DNA of 63,992 nt, the filler included, from Basidiobolus ranarum (taxonomy: Eukaryota): NCBI GenBank assembly GCA_040143965.1. It is 7 parts of 7 records of this genome, joined end to end, with 100 filler letters (N's around TTAATTAATTAA, not from the genome) between each part and the next. Parts side by side here need not be neighbours in the genome. Positions count along the whole stretch, not along the records: positions 37,187 to 46,373 come from JASJQH010000864.1; positions 46,474 to 55,649 come from JASJQH010000865.1; 5 more parts are not named here. The stretch is one strand, 5' to 3'. The stretch's first letter is position 1; each line of letters starts with the position of its first letter. A program made the translations under genes and the position numbers. The notes below the pieces were generated by a model. The model saw only the letters and a list, made by a program, of their open reading frames with translations. It had not been told where the DNA came from and made no database searches. Positions 38,011-49,551 of this stretch are shown in pieces.

Positions 38011-39699
38011 TTTACCAAACTTTTTTCGGCGGCTTTCACAGGAGATACTCAAAGCATTTATAGTATTTCGATTTTCAGATATCAAAATGTCTTGGCATAG
38101 GTGAAGCACTTACTAATGAGTGATATTTGATGTTTATTGTTCGGTCACGCTTAAGTGGAGCCCTAATGGGAAACAGTCTATAGCATATGCATAAACCTGG
38201 ACTATGGTACAGATAAGGCTTATTTGAAAATGTTAGGAAATCAATTTTAATAGTAAGCTCACAATTTTAGTCAGCCACCATGGACACTACCAATGCATAT
38301 AATAAGGATTGAAACTGTTGGATTATCTGCTTAGAACGACACCAACTGAAAACCACAGCCACTTGATAATGTGTTAGAAAGCGCCAATAATCTGAGAACT
38401 GTTGGAAATTTCTAAATTGACTATGAAGTCTGTGATTAATGGAATGTAAAAGCTACATAGCCTCTAGGTTGTTCTCTTTGGGAACAGAGTCCTCTAAAAA
38501 TATTGATGATATCATCGGAATATACTAAGGAAATCACCGATAAGGTCTTGATTCTGGCCGGTGATAATAGAACGTTTATTCTCAGCGCCGAGTTAACATT
38601 TTCTTCAGTATAAATATAGAGCCCTTCTAGTCTGGTATGCAGTGTGATCATTTCCAAGACGATAAATGATAATTACCTAGGTTTTTACCTGACCGATGAC
38701 CTATTTGTAAATGGATTCTAGGCTGTTGCTTAACATATATTTAAATAGTTTAGAAGAAGTACTAAGATAAAACGTTATGTGCTCTTAGTAAATGCAGGTT
38801 TAGCAGCTGTAAACTTTGGAACTTTTATCTTCTTGTTTGTTAAGATAATCATCTACAAGATTTAGCATGCAAAATCATTTGTTTTATTCGAATCGGAATC
38901 TTGCGTCATTAAAGTGGTCCACCTAAATGGGCAAATATTTTCATCCACACAATTACTTCATTGAGCAGGATCACGTATCTGTACACAGACCTCATCCTCG
39001 TCATACAGTATGCCATTAATGGTTAGTGCTAATTCTGACGCAAATGTGAAAAGGGCTATCGGATTGAGACTTATATTTATATGGCATATCGATGTTTTTT
39101 ATTAAGTGATCTTTATTACTTTAACATTTTATCCCACAATATACAGTCTGTTGGGCTGTCAAAGATATTTAGTCGCATTGATCTCACTTTGCTACATGGA
39201 TGTTTAATTGCAAGGCAAACACAACTTGTATCCATCAATTGTATTTGTGATTTACTAATTTTTTTCACTAAAATTAAGTAAACTGTCAAAATAGCAGTAG
39301 GAGATACTTCTAAGTAGTAACTTTCACCAGCGTTGTACAGTGAATCAGTATCTTCCTTCTATATATCCATTTGCAATCATGGATAATTTTAAGAAGTATT
39401 ATGTATTAAAAATTTGCTCGTATGGTTGACTCTCATCCATGATTGAACAACTCTGAGGGATGCGATTGGTACTAGTGAGCAGGCTATATATTAAACATAT
39501 AACGAGAATGGCTTAAATTGTAATAAAAACAATTTGGATCTAAAAACGCAGTATTTGGGAGTGTAGGCAACAATTTATAATTTTAGTGTAAGACATGTTG
39601 AGCTCAACACTGATTCTTCAACTCTAACAAAATGAATGTGTGCAACATCATATGAGTAGTAGAATCCCCAGCATTGTACCAAACGCATATCTTACTTTC

Positions 39700-40110
39700 T
39701 TCAGTAAAACCAGCAAGTACCTTAGTAGCAAAGTACATTCTATAAATCCTTGTGCTGATTTGCACAATTCTAAGATGAGGGTCAATGTATAGGTTACTTT
39801 ACGAATGTCTTGGCATAAATGATGGCTTGGTGCATTCATCTCCCAAAGTTCACCTCATTTTTGTTCATTGACATAGTTTGCCAGTCGTAGATAGGACTTA
39901 TTCGTCTAGTTACGATCATTTATAGTGAATATTTAACTAGATGCATCGGGAAAATATCTAACAAACTCCAGATTATTAATTTTAGTGCCACATTCTAAAC
40001 TAGATACAGAACAGAGCATTTGCAAATTTAGTTCGTAGATCTAGTTTCCACTGAGATTGGTAGCCGTTGAAGAGTGACCATATTTACCACTACCAGTACG
40101 AAAAAGGCTT
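39700..40110 (-). pseudogene. Duplicated promoter plus first ~12 codons of the Cys-domain secreted protein family
   Basis: Homologous to ~41808-42290 (shared gcacaattctaagatgagggtcaatgtataggttactttacgaa). ATG at 39738 gives MYFATKVLAGFT, then similarity is lost. Confidence 0.7.
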
Positions 40111-40616
40111 GATAAGCGAACTTAGTATTCTCCCAAATAGGGTAACCCAATTTCTTACATCTAGACTCAGATGTAGATGTGACATTTACAAATCAAAATG
40201 CCATTGCCACTTACCTCCATTATTGATTATAGTAATACTAGCGTCAACTACAGCATATCAACCACAGCATACTGTACCTGGAACGTATGCCTAAAATGCC
40301 AAGAACTCTTGTAATGCGAGATATGTGCATGCCACCTGCAAGATACTACATCTAATCTATTGAGCCACCGCCTTAAAAGTATGGTTTTAGTATGCAACGT
40401 TAGTGTATATATTTTTGCCGTGGAGCCGCACCTTGGTATTTTATACAAGTACCATGCAGAATAGGTGTCGCCAATTGACGGCATGTCGAATATTCCTAGG
40501 TAACCTTTATGAATATATTAGCGCTGCCGAATATAGAGTTCCTAGTTGAGCATGTCCAGTGTACAGCAAGATCCCGCTAGTCCAACAATATGTTGTTTTA
40601 AATAATTCATCAGGAG

Positions 40617-41844
40617 TTACGAAACAAGCAATGATTCATACAAAATCAACTTGTGAGACTCGTTAGTGAATTTGGTAGATTTGAGAGAGGCGGTAGAGGC
40701 TTCAGTAGACTTGTGAGAGTTAAAGGTGGCTTCAATGGACTTGTGCAGGTCAGTAGAGGCTTCAGCAGGCATGGGTGAGCCAGTAGTGGCATATACGGAT
40801 GAAACTAGACAAATGTATCCATTTACCCACTGCCTTAAAAGCATAAGCTTAGGATGTAACATTGGTGACGATGTTTTTTCAGGCAAGTCATGCTATGATA
40901 TATTTTGACAAAGCAAGGCATCCATGCAGAGTAGGAATCGTTGACGGAATGTTAGCTATTGTTCGTCAGCAAGATATTTTGGATAAATAAATTGGCGCTT
41001 CCGAATAGATGTCCAGAGAACGCCAAGACTCTACTAGTCCAACAACATGTCTTGAATCGTGCGGCAGTAGCCGTGGAGCCAGTAACAATTCATGCAAACT
41101 CATAAATGTGGGCAATTATTTAGCAGGAGAAGGATTGTACAAAGTAAGGACTATTTTCATCTTGCGTATAGTGAGGCCAATATTTGTTTCCTGCTTCTAT
41201 GGAACAGTTATTGACACATTTATTGGGGTCATGGAACGGGAAATATTTAGTTCCCTTTGTTCCGGTAGGCTGACTCTCAGAGGTTGTGGTAGGCTTGTAA
41301 GATTTGATAATAGCCTCAGTAGACTGGTGAGCGTTAAAGAGGCCTTAGTGGGCTTGTGTGAATCAGTGGTAACTGCAGTAGACTTATAAGAAGCAATAAT
41401 AGTCTCAGTAGATTTATGCAAGTCAGTAGTGGACCTGTGGGATACAGCAGTTACTTTTATAGACATGGTAGGATTTGCTCTAGGTGTTTTCGATTTGCTT
41501 TCGGTTGCTTTTTTTTGGTTGTACCAGGCGCATATCTTACCTTCTGTAAAAGCTTCAAAATGCCACTTAGTCCATTCGTCCCTCCAACTATAATTATCCA
41601 TGCAATCATCTATATCAGTATAGAATTGCTCATATCCTGGATTATTTGGATCACACAGACAAGCAAGTGAATCGACAAAATACGGACTGTTGACATCTTG
41701 TGTATAGTGCGAACAACATTTTCTTCCAGCTTCTAAGGAGCATGACTCCACACATCCGTCTGGATAGCTGTAAGGAAAGTGTATTGCTGCGGTAATGTGT
41801 AGAACGGCAGTAAGACCAGCAAGTATCTTAATAGCTAAGTACGT
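40617..41844 (-). pseudogene. Paralog of 37187-38010 with two Cys domains and repeat linkers; ACG in place of ATG, frameshift and stop
   Basis: Domain 1 HFPYSYPDGCVESCSLEAGRKCCSHYTQDVNSPYFVDSLACLC…CAWYN, then S/T/H repeats with a frameshift near 41330. Domain 2 YFPFHDPNKCVNNCSIEAGNKYWPHYTQDENSPYFVQSFSC*. More EASTDLHK repeats at 40640-40770. Confidence 0.75.
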
Positions 41845-42554
41845 TCTATAAATTCCTGTGTTGGTTTGCACAATTCTAAGATGAGGGTCAATGTATAGGT
41901 TACTTTACGAACGTCTTGGCATAAATGATGACTCGGTACACTCTTCTCCCAAAGTTTACCTAACTTTTATTCATTGACATAGCTTACTAGTCATAGATAA
42001 GACTTGTTTGTCTGGTTATGATCATATACAGTCAACATCTAGCTTGATACATCAGGAAAATATCTATCTAACAAGAATTCAAGCTCTTTAATCCTTTGTG
42101 TCTTCGTTCCATGTAAAGACACTTTCACGACTGGTCAAATCGTACCAACTTATTGGATAATCAGGTAGGAGGCAATAGCACCTGGAAAACTATTATTCCA
42201 AACTAGATACAGAATATGTGCTGCAGGTGTAAATCTAGTTTCTACTTGGATTGGTAATCATTGGAAAGCAACCATACCTACTACAAGTAGTATAGATATT
42301 GTGCTTGATATGTATGGTTGAAGTGTACAATTGAAATATCCCAAGAATTCATATAATGCGGAATATATGCATGAAAGTTGTAGATGATAACTTAGGATCT
42401 AATCGGAAGAGCTGAAGTATGGTTTAGAGATTGATAGGTGAATTTGCAATTAAATAAAGTTCATATATTATGCATGCTTCTTACATTGAAGCTACTTGCT
42501 AGCATTTCTAAGGTTTACTTATTAAACAACTCTCAAGAAACTATATATAAACCA

Positions 42555-42901
42555 TTTAAGTATTAGGGATTCCTGTCAGGAGTGGCTTAGAGAATTAGAG
42601 AAATTGATGGCTCTCACTTTTTGATTTCTTCAGTTGCAAGTTGACATTCATAGTTTTGCTAATATATAAACAAATAAGTCATAGAATGTTTTAACAAGGG
42701 TCCCAGGAGCATGTATGCAACGTTTGGGGCTTCTTGCCTAAGTTTGAAAAATTAGTAGATCTGAGAACACTTAAGTTGGTAAAAAATATTCTAGGTAAAT
42801 ACCAAGGGAGAATAATTGGTAGATTCTTGGTGATATATAGGATAACTAAATACTATGTTGTTCATCACTATATAGGTGTTTAGATAATGCAAATTTCAAC
42901 A
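42555..42901 (-). mobile_element. Diverged copia family-1 solo LTR
   Basis: Colinear with 20277-20624 and ending GCAAATTTCAACA, with many substitutions. Confidence 0.8.
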
Positions 42902-44615
42902 ATATTCACCCTGACTTTCCCAGTTTAATACACACATTTATATGATGTATGTCTACAACAAAGGAATATTCCATGGTTTCAGATGAAGGACTGTGCTTGG
43001 CTGTAAGCTAGCTATGCATATTGAAGCTTGGCCAAAATCAAAAAATCTACACAGAACATTCCACAAATTCATTAGCCACTTGGCCACTATGTTATGTAGC
43101 ATTTGATGTGCCTTTTTCAAGTTAAATTAAATTTTAATCAATTTTTTGAGTTTCAGGAGTGAAATTTTAAGATCTTGCAAACTAGTTGCACATGATTGGC
43201 TACAATCTCAGAAAACTATGGATCAACAAATGTAGAAAAAACATAACATAAATTGTGCACATTTACCACTGTTGCTAAATTGTCACCTGTAAGATCCCTA
43301 GTTTCTTTGATATATTCTCCAAAAAACTTCTATAGAGTTCTTTGTACTCAAAGTACGATGATTCTGATCTTGGCATACACATCAACTGCAAATGAAATTC
43401 TTTAATGATTAGATTATGACATCATATTGGCTGTGTCATCCTTTCTTGGCAATTTTGTGCTAGTTCATCCAGGTTACCTTATCTGGAAGTCATGTTGTTT
43501 CAAATCCTCCCTCAAGCCAAACCAATCCTATCATCCTACAAATGATATATATTGGCCAAGACTTTCCATGGAAGGTCACCTGATTATCCTTACATCATCC
43601 CCATTTCTATTGTTCCTTTTAGTCCCCAACACTTGAATTTGCCATAGTATATTCCCTATTCAGTGTATTATGTTTCACTCTGCAATATCAAATATCAGCT
43701 TCCTGTTTTCCCTGATCAGACTGAGGTCAGATCAATGCCAGTTATCAATAAAAATACTAGCCAAAGTATCTTCCCTGTCCAGTTTTGTCTTTTCTTGCCT
43801 TGTAGTCTAAATGCAGTACTATCTTGCTTTCTAGCCTCTTGTCTCTGTGCCTTGTCCTTGTTCAGTTGCTTTTTGTGACACAAGGTTTTGCTCATATCTA
43901 ACACATGTTTGTATCAATATCTCCATCAAAGCTTACCATTGCATCAACAGTTTTCCAGCCATCTCATGGATACCCTGTGATTTTGTGGTACTGTGTATTA
44001 AGTTCTTCCCAAATATCTGCACAGTCAAGGCCAGACTCAATGTCAAGTTGGATGTTCTTCTTCTGAAGCCACTTTCTGCATACTTGCACTGTGATTTTAT
44101 CTTAATACTCTTGAAAATACTCTTTAAGCACTTTTACTATTCTTTTATTGCCTTGTAGTGAAATACCACTCAGTGTGCTCCATGGTGCTTGGGTGGCTTT
44201 TTGCTTGCCATTAAGTTTAGGGCCAATTTAATACTTTGATAAGTACAGTTTAGGTTGGAGAACTGTGGGTTTTATTTGCTGGTCCTTTAACTTGTTGACA
44301 AATACTTGATGTTTGATTGACTTTGGGCTTTTGCATGCTTCCAACTGGTGTACTTGGTTGCATCATATAATCAACCCTTTTTGCTAGTATATCTACTTGC
44401 ATATCTGACTCCAGAATTACAGATCTTTATCACAGTGTAAAAAATTTGGTAAGTAAGACAGTAGAGCCTAAAGTCACTGGTTCCCTTGCTTTTTGCTTGG
44501 GTTTACTAACTTTTGGCTCCTTGAAGACATTCCTAGCTGCTTTTCTTTCAAGTCAATAATTGCATACATTTTCAAAATGTTTCATGAATAGGCAAATACT
44601 GACCCAATTGCCTTT

Positions 44616-46373
44616 TGTTGAAATGAGCATTGCCTAAACACCTATATAGTCATATATAGCATAGTACTTAGTTATCTTATAATTCACTAAGATATTATCC
44701 ATTATCCCCAATTGGAATTTACTTCAAATATTTTTACCAATGTAGAGGTTCTCAGATATATGGATTCTTCAAACTTGTGCCAGAAGCCCCAAACTTTGCA
44801 CACATGCTCCTGGGACCTTCCTTAACACATTCTACATGTTAGTGTGTTTACATCATGACAAAACTATAAATGTCAACTTCCTATCCAATGAATCAATGAG
44901 TGAAAACCACCAATTCCTCTAATTCTCCAAACCACTTCCAACAGGCTCCCAAATATTTAACTGGTTATGAGCCCCAAGCTTGCACTCCCTGTAATGTCTA
45001 TTACTCAAATCTATGGAACTTTTCCCTCTTCTGAAAAATTGGATGGTACCAATTATCAAGTTTGGAAAATTAAGATGAAAATGCTGCTGCAAGAAAAAGG
45101 ACTTTGGGACACTGTTGTAGGAGAAGAAAACAATGCAAAGCTATTGGAGACCAAAATTTTACTCCAGGTTAAAACAAGAATAGAGTGCATTTAACACAAT
45201 TTGTCCCAATGTTAAAGACAGAGTGCTAATTCATTGTTCAAGAGCTAAAACTGCCAAGAAGGTATGGAAAGCCTTGGAAGACACCTACCAAATAAGCTCT
45301 GCTGCCAACAAGATGTATTTGAGAAGACAATTTGCTAACTTAAAGATGAAGTCAGGAGAAGACATTACAACAGTAAATAAAAGAGTCACTATTTCAGTGG
45401 ATGAAATGTAATACATTGGAGTACCTACCACTGCTCAAGATATTATAGTTAAAGTCCTGAATAGCCTGCTACACAAGTTTCAGAGCCTAATAATGGCTCT
45501 AGAATCAAGAACTGGAAATATGACCTTAAATTATATATTTGGCAGACTTCTGTATCAAGATTTATGCAAATCAGGTCTCAACCAAAAGAATGAAGAAAAT
45601 GTTTTAATTGGCTATGGGAAACCTTCCTATAAAGGTCAAAAGCACTTTAAGAAGAGAAGCAATGCATTCTGTGATTACCGCAAAAGAACTGGCCATTTAA
45701 GCAAAGAATGCTTCAAAGGAATTGCAAAACAAGAAAAATATACTCAATCTGGAAATGTGGTTACAACAGGAGATCACTTATTCATATCTGCTCTATCTAT
45801 GACTACCAATAAGGGTCTCAGATGTGGTATGTTGAATCTGAAGCTTCCCAACATTTCACAAATGAAAAGCATTGGTTTGTGGATTATGAAGAAATCCCAA
45901 TTTAAAAGGTTTACTTGGGAGATGACCACATATTGGATGCTATTGGAATGGGAACAATCCAAGTCAATTAAACTGGAGCTTCTGAAGAGAAGGTTTATAC
46001 TTTTAAGGAAGTACTACATGTTGCAGGTGTTGCCAAGAACTTATTATCTGTATGCAAGGCCACCTGAGAAGGGCTCAAGTTCAATTTTGATAAGTTGGGA
46101 TGCACCATCACTGATCAAAACGGGAATTATTTAGCTTTGGGAGAAAAGAATGAAAACTTATGCAAACTTACATATAATCCAAGATGGTTATGTGTAAATA
46201 TAAGTTATTCAAATCAAGAAACTATTCAATTATGGCATAAAATATTTGGCCATATTAGATTTGATTATTTGAGCAAAATGATCAAAAATTGCCTAATTTC
46301 TGGAATTCAAATTAACCCCACAACCAAAATGAAATTTGTGAGGGTTGTATATATGCAAAACTAGCCAGGTAAC
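44616..46373 (+). mobile_element. Ty1/copia family 1: 5' LTR (44616-44962), PBS, decayed gag-protease-pre-integrase; truncated at contig end
   Basis: PBS GGTTATGAGCCC 44963-44974. gag KLDGTNYQVWKIKM, AANKMYLRRQF, degenerate knuckle CDYRKRTGHLSKEC, inactivated protease WYVESEASQHF, LWHKIFGHI. Stops and frameshifts present. Confidence 0.92.
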
Positions 46374-46473
46374 NNNNNNNNNNNNNNNNNNNNNNNNNNN
46401 NNNNNNNNNNNNNNNNNTTAATTAATTAANNNNNNNNNNNNNNNNNNNNNNNNNNNNNNNNNNNNNNNNNNNN
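46374..46473. other. Artificial contig spacer
   Basis: N44-TTAATTAATTAA-N44. Confidence 0.99.
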
Positions 46474-47113
46474 ATTAAGTGCTGTCCCGATGCTTAGGTA
46501 TCATTGTATCATAGGTTACCCGTCACAATGAGGTTTTACATACATCGACGTACTTTCTGGGGCAATGTCTGGCTGCTTCTCTCATGTATAAGCGAGAAGT
46601 AGAATTAATTTGCCCACGTATATTCGTGAGATATACTGAACTATTGAGCTCCATGTTCGGTTTTGTACTCTCTACACCATCGATGAAATTGTGGGATTTA
46701 ATAAAAACCAGAAATTTGGAAAACGATTACAATTCTGATTAGTTTGTATAAAATCATCGCATTTGAAGTGCATGTAAACCATAGTCTTAATTCTTATTGT
46801 TTACCCCATGGATAATAAGGAATTTTTTGGGGGAGGACTTAAAAACAGCATATACTACGAATCCAATAATTCTAAAGATTTTAGAACTTTTCAAATCCAT
46901 TTTCAATCCAATAAGATTGATTAAACGAATCGATCTCTTGTTTGTAAATACATCTCACCCCTTCAAAAGATAACCGACACTGACGCTTGTTGTGTATTCT
47001 AGTCACTTCGAGTGCGGGAAATAAGAAGTGTAGCCAGAAATTCCCTAAATTAACCTTGACTACAATTACCCACATTTCTGATATCATTTTAGTCTCTTGA
47101 TTATCAAATCAAT

Positions 47114-49036
47114 ATGTATAGAGCGAATACTCGTAAATCTACCGCAAGTGTTACCTCCAATTCACGGGAGACAGACACTGTCTCTGCTGTCGAAAGTACT
47201 GCTAGTTCAGCCCGTCAGAGACAATCTAAACGGGATGAGATCATTCGTAAAAAAGCTGAAGCTGAACTTTCCCGTAAGAAATCCACACCTAAGCGACAAA
47301 ATACTCGTTCTAAAAAGAGTCCTGGTACCGTGTCCGCTTTACACCATTCTCCCGCCTTGACCATTCGCGAAAACATATCGATTATTGAGGCGTCTCAACT
47401 TATGGCTGCTAAAAGAACTGATAGTGTGTTGGTGGTAGATGCTGACGAGCATTTGTGCGGTATCTTCACCTCGGTAGATCTCACATATAGAATTGTGGCT
47501 CATTCTCAAGATGCCCGTACTATGCCAGTTTCAACTATCATGACCAAGAATCCATTGTGTGTAACCAATGATACATCGGCCAATGATGCTTTAAATATCA
47601 TGGTACAGCGTAATTTCCGTCATCTTCCCATTTGTAACGACGAGGGAGATGTGGTTGCTTTACTCGATATTACAAAATGTTTGTGTGAGGCATTGGATAG
47701 AATGGAACGCGCTTATGGCTCTAGTAGAAAGTTGTATGATGCATTGGAAGGAATTGAAAAGGAGTGGTCTGTACAACAAGCACCTATGTTACGTTTTATG
47801 GAATCGATGCGCGATAAAATGGCCTGCCCAGATTTATCTATCTTACTTGATGGAACTAATCCACCTGAAGTTTCACCTAGAACTAGTGTCCACGATGCGG
47901 CCAAAATAATGAAAGAACAAAGAAGTAACGCTGTCTTGGTCATGGAGAATGGCCAACTCGTTGGTATTTTCACTACTAAAGATGTTGTTTTGCGAGTCAT
48001 TGCTGCTGGTTTAGATCCTACCAAATGCAGCGTCGTAAGAGTAATGACTCCTCATCCTGATTGCGCTAGCGTAGACTTGACTATTCTTGAGGCTTTAAGA
48101 AAGATGAACGGTAAGCTTATAGTTTTGATCATTTCATTAAGAAGGCTAGAGATTTATAATTCTCCCTTATAAAGATGGTAACTATACCAATCTACCCGTC
48201 GTCAATGAATCCGAGCAAATCATTGGTTTAGTGGACGTTCGCAAGTTGACTCACGTTACTCTAAAGACTGTACGTATGAACACAAAAATCGATGACAAAC
48301 ACGTACCCATAATTAACATATGCATTTATAGCTTGAGAACATCCAAAGTGGAGATACCGAATCTGATGGAGGACCTGTATGGAGTAAATTTTTTACTGCT
48401 TTCGACAACGATGCCGAATCTATTGTCTCTGACGCTCGTAGATCTGAGGGTCAGATGCCTGGAACCCCAGAGATTTATCCCCACGAATCCGCCTCTGCAG
48501 TTGAAGAGACGACATCCGGTATATACTCCTCATCTTACCTTCATTCACAAGATGGTACTTTTGTGTTCAAGTTCAGTACCGCTGATGGTAAAGTCCACCG
48601 TATCATATCCGAATCCAACAATTTCGAGAAACTTCGAGATATTTTGTATTCAAAGGATCACAGCCTCGACCCTCAGAATCTCTTGGACATTTGTTATGTT
48701 GACGATGAAGGAGATATTGTGGTTATTTCTAGTGATGCTGATTTAGAACATGCTGTCAATATGGCCAAACATCATGGTCTGGATCGATTAAAACTCTCTA
48801 TGGGGGCAGAGTTCATTGAAAATCCACTTGAGGAGCCTCAGGCCGAAATTCGTGAACCAACTCCCACGCCAGCTCCTGTTCTGATTCCCACTCCTCAAGA
48901 GTCCACTCCAGCTCCTCCAACTCCACAGCCTAAAAGTTCATTCGGATTACCTATTTCTGATGAATTATTGTATGGTCTTGGAGGTGGTTTTGCAGTTGCT
49001 ACCATCATGGGATTTATAATGTCTAGGATGAAATAA
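47114..49036 (+). CDS. CBS and PB1 domain protein (S. pombe Mug70-like), two introns, C-terminal TM
   Basis: RQRQSKRDEIIRKK, PGTVSAL, EASQLMAAKR, GIFTTKDVVLRVIAAGLDP..CSVVRVMTPHPD, FVFKF….GKVHR, PB1 YVDDEGDIVVISSDADL. Confidence 0.92.
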
Positions 49037-49551
49037 TTCATTTTGGGCACCCCACTCCATGCACCACTGCTAGTCATCATGTAAGTCACCATCTATTTAC
49101 TCCAACTACACCTCTAACTGAACAAATCCACACTAAATGTTCTCTCACAACATTCCAATTCACTTTTGAATTCCAACCATACACAATAAACCTCTAACTA
49201 CCTGTCAAATAATTCAACCTCGTGAAGACTTGATAGTATATGTATATTACATGGCATGAATAGTTTATGAATTTGATATACGCAAATAAACGCGAATTGT
49301 TAGGTACAGTTTTGGCAGGTATATTTTAATGGTTGAATGATTGAGCATAGATGGAGGGTTCCTAGAATAAGAGTCCAATTTACATGTTGATGAGGCTACC
49401 GAATGCAGGAAGAATGTAGGAATATTCTTATCATCAACCATACTTCAATTAATGTGATCAAAGAGTGGTCTTCAATATTATATCTTGCAATGAATTATGA
49501 AATACTCGCTATAACTTATGAAATACTCGCTATAACTCTTGAATCTTATGT

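Noticed and set aside
42900-44600. Possible transposon coding remnant between two LTRs
   Set aside because: CpG-poor and probably repeat-derived, but no motif could be recognised to classify it. The flanking LTRs are in opposite orientations, so they do not define one element.
49495-49536. 21-bp tandem duplication downstream of GH15
   Set aside because: Simple slippage duplication with no evident function.
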